A DNA stretch of 64,000 nucleotides from Pavona decussata (taxonomy: Eukaryota): NCBI GenBank assembly GCA_977016875.1, contig CDRNST010000215.1, positions 2,480,001 to 2,544,000 on the forward strand, read 5' to 3'. Below the pieces are notes generated by a model. It ran no database searches, was not told the origin of the DNA, and saw only the letters and a list, made by a program, of their open reading frames with translations. Shown here in pieces: positions 48,101-60,695 of this stretch. Position 1 is the stretch's first letter. Every line of letters starts with the position of its first letter. Both the position numbers and the translations under genes were made by a program.

Positions 48101-51100
48101 TGCCGTTGGACAGGTGAAATTGTCTGAAAGCAAACTTCTTTCTTGGCTACTTGTTTGTATTCAAGGTTTATGATTTTACACACCACGGTCCGGTTGTTTG
48201 AAAGGCGATTGACGTTAATCCACGATTAAAAGTTAACAGAGGTTTTCAGCTCGCTCGTTAAGATTGTTTTTAAACTCTAACTTTAAGCTAGTGGTAAAGA
48301 AAAGTCAAAGTCAAAACTTAAGGACGAAAATTTTATTGAAAAATCTTTATTGTTGTGTAATTAAATTGAACCAAAGTTCTTGTTAATTCAGGATTAGCTT
48401 AATCAGGCTATAATTAAACAACTGGGCCCAGAGCCCAGTTGTTCAAAGCCCGATTAAGCTAATCCTGGGTTAACATAAACTTTGATTCAAGTTTAATGAC
48501 TAATCAATAAAGATTCTTCCAAAAGATTTTTGTCCTTTAGTTTTGACTTAAACTTTTCTTTACCATAAGCTTAAAATTAGCTCTTGAAAATTTTTTTATA
48601 ATGAGCGAGATTAAAACCTTGGTTGATTTTTAATCGGGAATTACCTACCGTTAATCAGCTTTTGAAAAACCGGGCCCAGAGCTAAAAGCCTGGTGGCAGT
48701 ACATTTGAGGAAGTATTAGTCCCTGGGACACATCTCTTGTAGTGTAATTAAGTTACACAAGAGGACTGGTCGCAGAGACTAATGTCCCATGATTTGTTCA
48801 CACAGAGACATTAGAATACTTTTGAAGGGACAAGTCCATGGAAGCGGTCTTTATTTCCAATATTGTTCTGTTTCCTCACAGGTGGAAAATAACTATAGAC
48901 GGTAACAGGAGATACTTTGATGTAAGAAGAAGGAAAAAGGTAAGTTTGGGCATCCTTTTGTTTTCTTATAATAATATTACCTGGCATACATTATTGTCGG
49001 TGCCAAGTTTGAGCAGCATCATTCCAACATTTTCCAAGATATTCTTGATTTTGTGATTTATCTTTGTACCAAGACTATTTGTGACATCATCAGTTTTTGA
49101 ACAAAAACTTGAACATCTCTGGAACAAGAAAAGATATTCAAAAAAAAAAAAAAGAAAATGCCAATCTTGCTCTCTTTGAAAGGCTTTTCAAATGGGCATA
49201 AATTTTTTTTTTACTTCATTACTTCATAGTAATGCTTTGCTGATTTCTTCTGTTTTGTTGTTTTGTAACAAACAAAAGAAATAATTTATTTTCTATATAA
49301 TTTAAATTTTTGTATACAATTTAATTTTATTATAATTTAAACACTGGCTCCTTTGCAACAAACAAATTTAGTGACATTAATTTTTACCAAGAATATTTCA
49401 ATGGATCTCATTCAAAAAGTCAACAATCTATTTACATATAATGCTTAATAATATGTTTTTTTTCACTAAGCCCTTTTGTGTAAATAAGTAATAATTCCAT
49501 TTCTTTCTGTAGGTATTTTGGATGAATAATTACTTTTCAGTAGGCTGTGATGCAAAAGTTGTTCTGAACTTTCATCTTCATCGGGAAAGCCAGCCATCTC
49601 TGTTCACAAGCCGTATCATTAATAAGGTAATAAAAATTTACTCAAAGAAAATTTGATCAACCAAAAAAAAATTCTGTCCTATACACTTAACCAAACTATC
49701 ACACTGACAAATGTTAATGGAAAAATTAACAAATGCTTTTTTACCTCCTTGCAGGCAGTGTATGGATTGTATGGTGCCAGAGATGTACTGGAGCAAGATT
49801 GCAAGGACCTTCATGAACTTGTTGAGGTACAGCTATGATAACCCTAACAACATATATTTTTGATGATATTTATTATCAATAGGCTTTAAATAGAGAATTG
49901 CTATTGTTATGATAAAAAGTGTTTTTAAAATACAGTCAACCATTTGGTAGCTTATCTTCTTTAATATAAGTTTACTTGAAGTGACTTTCTGTGTTTCAGT
50001 TTCTTTACTTAAAAGGTATAATTACATATATATAGTGACATCACATAGAAAATGAAACATGACAGAACTTTTTCCTTAGCTTGAAATGGATGGCAAAAAA
50101 ATTGAATTACCCGAGCTGGAGGGAATAGTTTTCCTGAATATAAACAGCTGGTGTGGCGGCTGTGAATTGTGGGTCAGTGGAGATGAGGAACAGTCTGCCC
50201 CTCCAAGGTTAGTCAGCTGTTATTCACCTTTGCTTTTCAATAACATTTGGTATTTTGTTGGAATCATTTGAGTTATCAGAAATTAACTTTGTTTTTGTAG
50301 TTGTGAGGGATTTGTAGGATCTGGTTGTTAGTATGACCTGGTGCCCATTACCAAAAGCTCTTGAAGAGTTTTTAGGCCTGTGAAATATTTTTTCAACATT
50401 CTGGCCTTAATCCATAGTTCTATTCCCAGAATATATTTAGCATTAATGGAGTTAAGTATGTAATTAAATATGTAACTTTATTTTTTTCTTAATTTACTCT
50501 TATCTTCTTATAGTTACTTTAACTTAGTGTAGGTCTTAATTGTGGACCCTTTTGTCAACCACTTTTTCATGTCTATAATCAGCCCTTTTTTCCCTTCACA
50601 GTATTAATGATGGAGTATTGGAAGTAGCCGGTCTTTACTCTGCCCTTCATATTGCTAGACTACAAGTCAATATGGCCGACCCACTGCGGCTTGGCCAAGC
50701 AAGGTCCATTAAGGTATGGTCCAAAACCGTTTGTAGCGTCCCAGGTGTATTCAGCAAAACCTTAGTTGGGGAGGAGCCGCTTGGAGCATGGACCCAAAAC
50801 CTTGACTATATCCAAAGCAAAAGGTCTTTCTCCGGGAAAATTACGAAACAATGGCATTCTGTAATAATGGACTTTAAGTATGCCTTAAAAACCATATACC
50901 CTTTGCAATTACTTACACAAAGCGTACACTACCACATCTCGGGTCATATCTTGCTCAAGTTTTTGGTCAGGATGGGTTTGACACTTTTTTGCCCCACCCT
51001 CCTACTTTAATGTTGTGGTTGCAATTTATTCTCTCTGTAAACGTTTTTACGTGATCTTCTTGTGGCACATTAATGCCAAATAGGTACATGCCTCCCCCTC

Positions 51101-52471
51101 CCCTCCCCCACCCCACGCCCCAGAGAGCAAGTTTGTTTCGTGGCCGAGCTGTTGAAAGAGGGGATGTTCGTATTTTCAAAGAAGACGCCATAAGAACTTC
51201 CTTTTGTGTCTTGTTTTTGTGCGGCTTAAGGACGGTGACTACTAATTCAAAGGTATTTTGTGTGGCCTATGGATATGCAGGGAAAGATCTTAGCAAGTGT
51301 TATTGAAACCCGAAAAGAAAATTGAGGGTAACCACGCATTTTCCAAAGATAATTACCTTATTCGTACTAATTTTCGCGGGCACTTAATTTCGCGAATTTG
51401 GAACACGAATATTTCGCGAGCATTAATTTTCGCGATTTTGCAAAACATGATAAATTTAGGGCATTTAATTTCGCGAAAATTGACAAAAGACAGACTTAGA
51501 AAACTGTTTTTTATTGAATGAGCACTTAAATAACGATTGATTTACAATCATGATTTGCAATTACGTAATAGAAATAGCGTTGATAATCAGACAAATCAAG
51601 CAAATACTGCAAATCAATCAAATGCTACTGCAATATGGTACTTAATAAAAGTCAATGTAAAAGTCAATTGTAAAAATATGATTTTAAATACCTATGCCAC
51701 ACAGATGACTGCACAAAAGATGAAGAAGACGAGAAGAAGAAATAAGTGATTCAGATGAAGAAAGTGCTGAAGTAGAAGATAAATAGACTGATGACAATTA
51801 CCATGCAGCTAAAAACGCAGTTAATCATTGATTAAAGCAATTATAGAAGTGTATTAAATTTCGCGTGTTTAATTTTCGCGTACCCTAATTTTAGCGAGTC
51901 TTTAATTTCGCGATTTTTCACAAATCGCGAAAATCGCGAAATTAAAGCCTCGCGAAAATTAGTACGAATAAGGTAATCAACAAGTTTTGTAAAAAGCTTC
52001 AAATACATAACTATGTATGGAATTTTTTTCCAACTTGAAACTTAATCTCTGAAAAATGTACGGTTACCCCAAATTTTCTTTTTGGATTTCAATAACACTT
52101 GCTAAGGTATTCGTTTCCCGTATGTTCATAAAACCGCGCAAAAAATACCTTTGAATTAGTAGGCACAGTCCTTAAGAAATCAGAGCGTCTCGGACCATCC
52201 CAAGATGCGCAGAACGTATGCGCGGTAGCAAAAGGAACCACCGTCCCTAACACCCTGATCTTGCCGTTCTTGTGACTCTTATCACTACTGTCATTGACCT
52301 TAACCAATGAACTGTTTCACCTCTCCACAGTTAACTCTAAAGGATACCAGGTCCCTTCCGGTTCAAGTTGACGGAGAGCCCTGGGAAGAAGGCCCTTGCG
52401 TGATCACAATTACTCGCCATAATCAGGCCCTCATGTTGGGCCGGCAAGAAAAAGAGTTGATCTCTCTTTAA
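45146..52471 (+). CDS. DGKE: Diacylglycerol kinase epsilon (about 546 aa; 536 aa if translation starts at 45263)
   Basis: Exons 45146-45150 (ATGGC, inferred), 45238-45958, 47384-47527, 47968-48113, 48882-48939, 49513-49626, 49755-49826, 50080-50207, 50602-50713, 52331-52471. N-terminal hydrophobic segment, two C1 domains, [44 protein letters not shown]; no EF-hand, PH or ankyrin domains, which fits type III. Confidence 0.93.
46033..46760. mobile_element. Old TTAA-flanked TIR element (Kolobok-like)
   Basis: TTAAGGAGG...AAGGGTT at the left end and AACCCTT...TTCCTTAA at the right; degenerate. Confidence 0.45.
48187..48677. mobile_element. Two copies of the GGCCC-GTTGTTCAAA MITE in inverted tandem
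   Basis: Copy 1 about 48187-48428 in the same orientation as 134-373; copy 2 about 48432-48677 inverted; junction AACTGGGCC-CAG-AGCCCAGTT. Confidence 0.8.
51226..52175. mobile_element. TTAA-flanked TIR element (Kolobok-like) hosting a nested MITE
   Basis: TTAAGGACGGTGACTACTAATTCAAAGGTATTTT and AAAATACCTTTGAATTAGTAGGCACAGTCCTTAA. Confidence 0.8.
51354..51975. mobile_element. TA-flanked Tc1/mariner-type MITE with perfect 25-bp ends
   Basis: TACCTTATTCGTACTAATTTTCGCG and CGCGAAAATTAGTACGAATAAGGTA; multiple AATTTCGCG subrepeats. Confidence 0.88.
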
Positions 52472-53045
52472 TAACAATACTGCGGGATTACGTCGCTTTA
52501 AGGAGAATGCTCTTGTGAGAACAAATTTGTAAAGCAGTTTTAAAGCGTCGTTTGTGAATTGTTAGACGGTAACAAATCGAAACGAAGATGAAAGATACTT
52601 CAGGAGAAATCTAGATGCAAGGACTAGGAGCTCTTTCGTCCTAAGGACTAGGGCATAACAGACTGTCAGTTCTACAGGGAATTTTCAGTTTTACCCATTT
52701 AATCGCCACAATGCACAATTCAATGCTCGACTGTCATTTCCCAAAGGACTATTGTCGAAGCCAAATCAGAGTGCCGCGGAAAATACCTCTAAATAGGTCT
52801 CATCTGATTGATCACTCTTTAGGGTTTCAAACGCTTAAGGGCTTTTCGTATCTAAAAGGAATATTGGTGGTAACCTCGCATTAAGGTTCAAATGCCATAC
52901 ATTGCTTTGCATTTTACACTGCTTTTAGAGTTGTTGTTGCTTTATTGTCGCTACCCCCAATTTTAGTCTTTTTGGATTTCAATAATCCTTGATAAGACCC
53001 GCATAGTCATAAACTGTTCAAGAGCACCTCTCTATTACGAGGCAC

Positions 53046-53392
53046 TCGGGAACTTAAACAGCGACGACGGCAACGCCAACGAAAAGGTCACTTGAAAACA
53101 TAACTTTCTTCTATTTGGGCAAATTCGTGATTATTTCAAGTCGTTCAACTTTTACAGAAGCGGTGGACTACCCAGGAACCAAATTGGTAGGAGCGGCGTT
53201 CAAGTTAAGAAAGAGAGTGAAAAATTTCCCGTCGTGTGTTCACGTTCTTCACAAACCTTGAATTTGGTCATTTCACGTTGTTGTTTTGTTGAGGACGACA
53301 AAGAAATGTACCAAAATTTTAAGAAGCATGTGCAATCTATCGCTTTTCGGCGTTGCCGTTACTGTCGCCGTTATTGTTGCTTAAGTTCCCGA
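53046..53392. mobile_element. MITE of the GGGAACTTAAGCA-CGACGACGGC family; relative at about 57519-57855
   Basis: TCGGGAACTTAAACAGC and GTTGCTTAAGTTCCCGA; shared internal ATTTCACGTTGTTGTTTTG with the inverted copy. Confidence 0.75.
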
Positions 53393-56300
53393 TTGTCCTT
53401 AATCGATAGCCAGCGTTACAGCACACGTGCAGAGTCCGCACGCGACGGTTCCTTGGGACTTAACGAGTTCAGATTTTCACGCTATAAAGAAACAGAGAAA
53501 GAAACGAAAACAAGAAGAACGAAAACGTACGCGAATGGAGGTATTCCGTGCAGTGTTGTGGGTGGCACAAAACTGTCAGGGAAGTTATTTTACTATTTTG
53601 CGGTATTTATAACTTGGGTCCAAGTTAAATTAAGCTTCATGAAGCAGTACTTAAAAGAACTTTCATGAGAAACCGTGCTATTAAAGTACATTAACAAACA
53701 ACTGTGTAACAGAAGTCTCCTAACCCTTCCTACCCCTCCCCCGCCGTAAACTTCCTTCACTTAGGAGTGGTTCGAGAGCGCAATGCTGTCTAACTTCGAT
53801 TCTCCCTCATTCCTAGACCGGCTTGCTCCAATTCCGTTAATGTTCTTGAGCGAATGAGATAACATGAGTATGGAGCGCGGGGTGCAGCTGAGGTATTCTT
53901 GATTGTGCGCTTGTGAAGGCCTCACAATTTGTCGACCAATGTCTTTTTTGTTGGTGAAAAGCGGTCGGGATGAAAATCGACCTATCTTTCAAAAAAGTAT
54001 AGCAGTGCCATCGATTTTTATACTGAATCGGGCCGATTTTCGTCCGCTCACTCATTGTCATATCGGTCCGATTTATAGGTTTGTGTAAATTAGCCTCAGT
54101 AGGTGAAACAGGAGGTCCCTTGTATGGTCTCGGAGAGCAGTTGTCGGCCGACCGAATAACGAGCCTGACCGTTAAGGTCGTTCGTAGGGGCGCGCGCGAT
54201 CCACCGGAAACGGCTTTGACGCCAAAGGCACTAACAACCCACATAACGTATGTATTTTCAATTGACATTTGCTGGCTTATTTCATTTGCCGTTGTCAAAA
54301 TGAAATATGTTAAATACCATGTGCAATTTAAGGCAGCCATAATTAACAAATTAATCCACCGTACAATGAGTTCCTTTGAATGCGACATAACACCGATTAC
54401 CGAGGCCTTTTCTTACTTAACAACTGGTCCGATATTGGGGGCAAAAACATAAATTAACTTAATCCTTCGACAAGGCCATGGCTTAGAACACGATGGCTGT
54501 CTGATTGCAGCAGCCGTCGCCAAGATGTCCCGACGAGAAACTTTGACGATTGCTTGGTGATTTGGAAGGTTGGTGGATTTTATGATAATTAGCATTGCTC
54601 GTAGCAAGAGGTAGACGGATATTGTTAGTTAGATGAAACAATTTGGTGTTTGCTTCAGTGACGCCAAGTAAGCCGAATCAGTAAGCTATTTATTATACAT
54701 AGTATATCATTCACCCATCAGTCTAGTTGAAAACCTACAAAGCAGTCGTAACAAACACATCACACTGAGAAAATACAGTACTATGATGATTATACATAGC
54801 GGTGCTTTCCACAGACTCAAAAAGTAGTACCACATTCAATGCCATAAGACGTAAGTTGCTCTGGCTTATAGAGAGTTTCCAGAGTCCTAAGATTTGATTA
54901 TTTATTAAATCGCGTTAATTGTAGATTCCACTCAGTACAGATTTCCATCGAGTTAAATCCCTCAGATGCCACTAGCGAGGCGAAATGTGATCTTGTTAGG
55001 TTATATAAATTATAGGGACCGTTTAGTCATCGGGAAATTACTCTTTGTTGAGTTTTGGATTAACAAGCTAGTGAGTTCATTAAAACATGCTAATGTAGAG
55101 TCTCCTTGCGTCTCCGGATGGTTTAAATTAGATACATCAGTATCTAAATCTATCTAGGTGTATCAGCCATTCGGGCCAGCCCTACATTTTAATGAACTCT
55201 TTCATTTTACACAGCCAAAAGTGGAAACAAAAGTGAACCGCGTGCAAAATATTGAGATAACACTTGCCCAGTCCCCGTATGGCTTTCTCCCAGGCCCTCA
55301 CGATCAATTCATTTCGGTGACGTAACCGAGGCGAACGGCCGGGGTAAGCCTCGCTTTTTCGCTCGGACCACGTGACCCGAAACGGATTGACCGAGATGAA
55401 ATACAGAGAGAGGCCTAGGAACTAGGAAACGATAACAACCCAGATAACACTACAGCTACATGGCACTGCTAAGTGGCTTCCACTGATCGGCAAGTGTACG
55501 CTCTCACAATTTTGCCTCAGTTGTTTCCTATCAGGAGTAAGGGAGGTCAATTCTTAATGTCCTAAAATACCTCAAATAGACAAATTAAATGTACATGTGG
55601 TCAAGTACTAAATTCAACAATGGCTATCCGTTACTCTCTTCCATTTTGCCTTGTTTTTGCGTCTTTTAGGTCAGATTGAGAATAATCATTTTCGGTTGTT
55701 TTGCATGATTAACTTTTTCAACCGAGTATCACTGAACTTGGCTGAAATGGTTGAAGGAGTGGAAAAATATTCCTCTGACTTCAGTGAAATCAACCAAACT
55801 CCAGCGAGAACGAAACAGTGCGTCCCCAGTTTTAGAACACATCCTGGATTTCCCGTCAATGGACGTTCAAAGTAATTGCAAAATGCAATGTCATTTTATT
55901 GGACTCGTGTCCAGTGTTGGCCATGGTGGTGCAAAACCATGGACAAAGAATGGTTGAAAGTTAGGGCGCCAGCGTTGTGAACCGGAATTAAAATTGTTTC
56001 ACGGTAGCCCCGACTTCAATCCCTCGGCCACGCCTGTGATAAATCCAACTGGTGAACTGATTGTTTGTAAATGAACTGTACTCGTTTACACTAGCACACC
56101 AAGGGTACATTGTAAAGGACAAAACTTGTGCAACACACACTACATCCTTCCAACATGAAGACATGTTGTCTTTTACAGCCAATGAGATACGACGGAGTAA
56201 TTGCAAAGCTAAACCAATCAAGAACTTTGTCTCCCTTTTCACTGGTTACATGCTTTTTAATCAACGTTTGATTGGTTGATTACACGCGCTTGTAACTGAA

Positions 56301-58324
56301 GCTTGTAATGATTGGCCCACGCTGCCAATGAATCGAATAAATCTCGTATGTAGTACAGTAAGCGTCACAAGGGTTTAAAATTCAGCACTCCTCAATTTAT
56401 TCCAACATGTCCGCCTGACACGAAGTCAACGCTCACTCACTCGTGCTCGCTCCATCAAGTGTCCCGTATGTAACGCGTGTAACCGCTGTACAGCGTCTTC
56501 ATACTCTGGACGAACAATTCAGTTGGTTTCGATCTACATAACATGCACTAGTCTGGGAGCAATTACCAGAATACACTTTGTTGCTATTACTGGCAGGCCT
56601 ATAACACGAGGTATTGTTTGAGGAAGGAGGTCTTACAAACGAGATTTACGGTATTAAGTATAAGCACACGCCTCCTTCTTCAAGTGAAAACAAGCTCATG
56701 ACGTAGCACGCTCCGCTGTCTAAAGCATCACTTATCATTATTAAATTCATTGAGTCTGACTAACATTTTGAGAACACAAACAGAAAACCCCAGGGAGTTA
56801 AGTTGTTCATTTAAACAACAATTTACCAGAGAATAGTCAAGAACAATACAGGCAAATGAACTAAGGGCATCGGAGAAGCGGAAGACTCACACATAAACCA
56901 ATTAAAGTCTAATTAAGGTATTTCAGTCATATCCGAGACATGTTTCAATTGTTCAGATCATTTTATCGCAGCTTGAGTGGAATCTTAGTAATTCGTGCCC
57001 TGTGTGAGTTCCAAGAATTCAGTTCTCCGACTTCTCGCGTGAGTTAGTTGTTGGGAAGATTTCGCTTCAAAAAACCGTAAGTACTCGCTTACCAACTGAC
57101 TAAACTTTGTTTAAAACTTCGGAAACTACACCCGTCTCTGTTTTTCAGTTAACGTACGTGTCAACAACTGATCGCCATCTAACTGTTTAATAACAACTAT
57201 TTCCCATTGATTTGACACTGATATTAATTATAACACCATAATCATAACATAACCTTAAACTGAGAAAACTATACCAAACGCCATTGTTTCTTGGAAAATG
57301 GATAGACTCAAATATGAGGGACGCGTATGTTAAATGTATAATAAAGTACACAACAGCTAATGTGAAAATCACAGAGAATAAAGAATCAGTTCAAATATTT
57401 ATCGTAAAGAATTGTTAGAATCTGCACAGCCCTTTCGCGGTTAGATGATGCATTCTGAGATTTTATGTGATATTTTGACAATGAGGAGGCCGCATTCTCC
57501 TGTACACAGGGGCTTAACTAGGGAATTTCAGCAGCGACGAGGGCGACGGCAACGGCAGTACCACAAAACAATAGGTTTGATGATGAAAAACAATCGCTCT
57601 GTACGTCCTTTATAAAATTTATAGATTTCTTTGCCCTCCTTTACAAAACAACAACGTGAAATAACCAAATTCAACCTGAGTACACGACGTGGAATTCTCT
57701 TTCTTAACTTGAACGCCATTCCTACTAATTTAGACCTTTGAGTGGTTACCCCTTTTAATACAAGTTGAACGAGTTGAAATAATCGTGCAGTAGCACAAGT
57801 TATATTTTCCAGCGACGTTTTTGTTGGCGTTACCGTCGTCGCTGCTTTTAAGGTAACTGACAGCTACTTGGGAACTAAAAAGTTCCCACTGAGGTAACTG
57901 TTCTTATCTTATGGTGTGTTCTCCCTGGAGTTTTTGACTAGACACTTTCGTACACTAGGCGCAATACATCCAGTTAGAAACAAACAAACATTCTACAGCC
58001 TATAATATCCCCTTCCCCCTTCAGGGAGAGGGGTACTCAATAAAGCTTCATACGGGGTGGACTCCGCCTGGAGATTCAAACCTTTCCCTTTCACGTATAA
58101 ACGTTTGCTTAAAATGTTTTCCTTTTCATTAACCTGCGAGAGCAGACACCTTTTCAATAAAGGCGTCTGCTCTCGCAGGCTTCACTGTCATACACATAAA
58201 ACAAAAAACATAGAGACCCGTTTTTTATACCTTAACGATAAGCCAAAGCCCCATTTTTGCGTTGACCCATCTTTGCGTTGAAATTTGTGCCAGAAGTTTC
58301 TGCTCTGTGCTGAATAACCTTTCT

Positions 58325-58545
58325 AATCATCATTCTCCTCTTCCATGTTCTTCTAGTCGAGAGTTGAGCTGCATGCTCTCTCTCCTTTCAGCCTCTTTTA
58401 TCGTCTGCTGCGGATATTGTCTCCACCCACGTTCTTAGTCCTCTGTCGTTAAGCTGCCTTCAGTCCCTTTCCATTGCCCTTCTCTGTTTCCCACTGGCGA
58501 CCTCGTTTCCTCTTTTCGTCTAGTAATGCAACCCTTTTTGATACT
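58325..58545 (-). mobile_element. Degraded RTE-type LINE 3' end
   Basis: Minus translation RVAL..KRKRGR...GLRTWVE..AADDK resembles the RTE ORF C-terminus; frameshifted. Confidence 0.5.
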
Positions 58546-59572
58546 TGGATTTAACTCCTACTATTTCAGTCTATTTTCGGAACCTTTTAAAATACTAAAC
58601 TTTTAAATTTCACTACCCGTTCGCGTACTGGTCCCCTTCGGGCGGAGCCCACCGTATAACCCCGCCATATGGAGTATCCCCACATCTGAGATAAAGGAAA
58701 TTAAAGTTCATGGCTGAAGCTGCAAGACAACTCTGCTTGGTCAACTACACTGAGTTCTGTGAGTTGTTTTTCTTAAGATCTGAAAGCTTCCGGCACAGAT
58801 TGTGACGAAAGAACAGCTTCATTTAGTTACTGACATCGTGAAACGTTTTATTCGCAGCCTATAAAAAGTCTAGTATCGAATTTTTCGCAATGTCACCTTC
58901 CTTCCTGGCCCTGGACGGGGGAGGGGATTTCCTCGGAATTTTTGGCTGAGGCGTGCGGCTTATTTCAGATCAAAATATGTAATTTTGCGGTATCCTCAGT
59001 TTCGGACCTTCTTTAAAATGTATACCCATCTTCAGACTTTCAGACCAAAATTTTAAAAATCTATTCCCATTTTCAGACCATACCGGCAAAATAACCATAA
59101 CCTTTGGTGCCGCACATGCCTACTGATTGCCTGTATCGAGGGGAGTACCCCCCCCCCCCCCCCCTCTGCCACCACCGAGGCTTCCCTTTCATTAAACCTT
59201 CAAGTCATTTCCTGACGATGAGATCATTTCGAGCTAAAAACTCAAAAGGACATGCACTTCTTTTTTGGTAAAGTTTTTAGGGCAAGAAATTTGTGAGGCT
59301 CTTTGAAAAGGTTGTTCATCAGATGGGGATGCTCCTGAACCATTCATAGGTTATCACGACTGGGAGCTGAGAAGTCATTGGTAAAGAAAACTTCAAGAAA
59401 TAGTTAACTTGATGTCGTTCAGCATTAACTATTTCCTGTGTTCGCTATCCAGTTCTCCTCTCTTATTCCGAAAGCTGTAAAGAACCTGATAATGCACAAA
59501 GGAATGTATTTGAACATTACAGAAGGATTTCTGTAGGATCAAACAAACTGTCCTTAATGTTTATAAGGATGT

Positions 59573-59670
59573 GCTGACGTTTCGAGCCCTTCGTCAGAGC
59601 GAATCAGGGAATTGTAGGTTGTTTGTTTTTATATAGTTAGCAGTGAAGCCGTGCTATTGGTGGGAGCTCT
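59573..59670 (-). repeat. Penelope-like terminal repeat with hammerhead core, stem II deleted
   Basis: Minus strand GCU CUGACGA AGGGCUC GAAAC GUC AGC at 59600-59573. Confidence 0.6.
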
Positions 59671-60512
59671 CATAACAGTAATACTTCAGACATTTTGACA
59701 GACACTTTGTAGCATTTACCAACCGCAGAGATTTCCTTTGATTCAGTTAATTTACTGCTTTACTTATAAAAAAAATAATAAACTTTGCATTATTTAAGAA
59801 ACATAGAAAACTAGTGCGCAAGCTTACATGACCAGTGCAAATACGTGTATGAAAGGAACTTTGTGAGATGAAATTTTTAATTTCACTCTTACTTTATTAA
59901 ATTGGGTGACTTTGAACTCTCCCGTACTCCCAAAATGTGACGTCATACCCGTATTGAGAGCAACAGAAATCAATTAGAACTGAGTCAGTGTTGAGAGAAT
60001 TGATATCTTAATCTTAGAAATGAATGGCGTCACAGACGTGTCAATGGAACAGCTGGAAAGGCTCGAAACAATAGGTGTTATGTTGGAGCAATTGATTTTA
60101 TGAGGTACCCGTGAAGTCTCACAATACTCGCTCAGGTTATACGCCTTCAATTATAGAGGGTGTGGTGTTAGTGTTTAGTGTGTGTATCCTCGCTGAATCA
60201 AAGTGAAACTAGTTCGTATTATTTAAGTTCAAATCTAGGGCTTGGTTTATTCTATTACGGCGAAGAAACAGCAGGTGTAGAAATTTTTTGATCATGTTAG
60301 CAAAGTTCAAATTATATTTGGCCGATTTGAACATGTTGGGGCGGTCGCTGGTAACTTAGATTTGGAGTTAAATAGCGCACTCCAATTCATTATCTCTTGA
60401 TGAAAGTTGTTATCATTTTCAATTATTAGAAAAAGTTTTGGCATTTTTAGGAATGAATTTAACAAAACTATGATTGGATTCCTTTTAATGACTGGCGGAC
60501 TTTTTCCCCATA

Positions 60513-60695
60513 GAATGTTTGGTTTTATCAACAGTGTTGATAACTAAAGGTAAATTGGCCACCTTAACTCAGTTAGAGATTCGAGCGCTACGGTGGCCAA
60601 TTTACCTTTAGTTATCAACACTGTTGATTAGGCCAAACATTCGTTTCTATTCCCCACCAACGCAGCATACAGTTTCTTTAGAAACAAACTCCTTT
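60513..60695. repeat. Fold-back repeat of the same Penelope-associated family (37-bp perfect core)
   Basis: ATCAACAGTGTTGATAACTAAAGGTAAATTGGCCACC and its reverse complement starting at 60592. Confidence 0.8.

Noticed and set aside
53837-54452. Overlapping 183-aa and 123-aa ORFs
   Set aside because: No family resemblance or exon structure; more likely non-coding.
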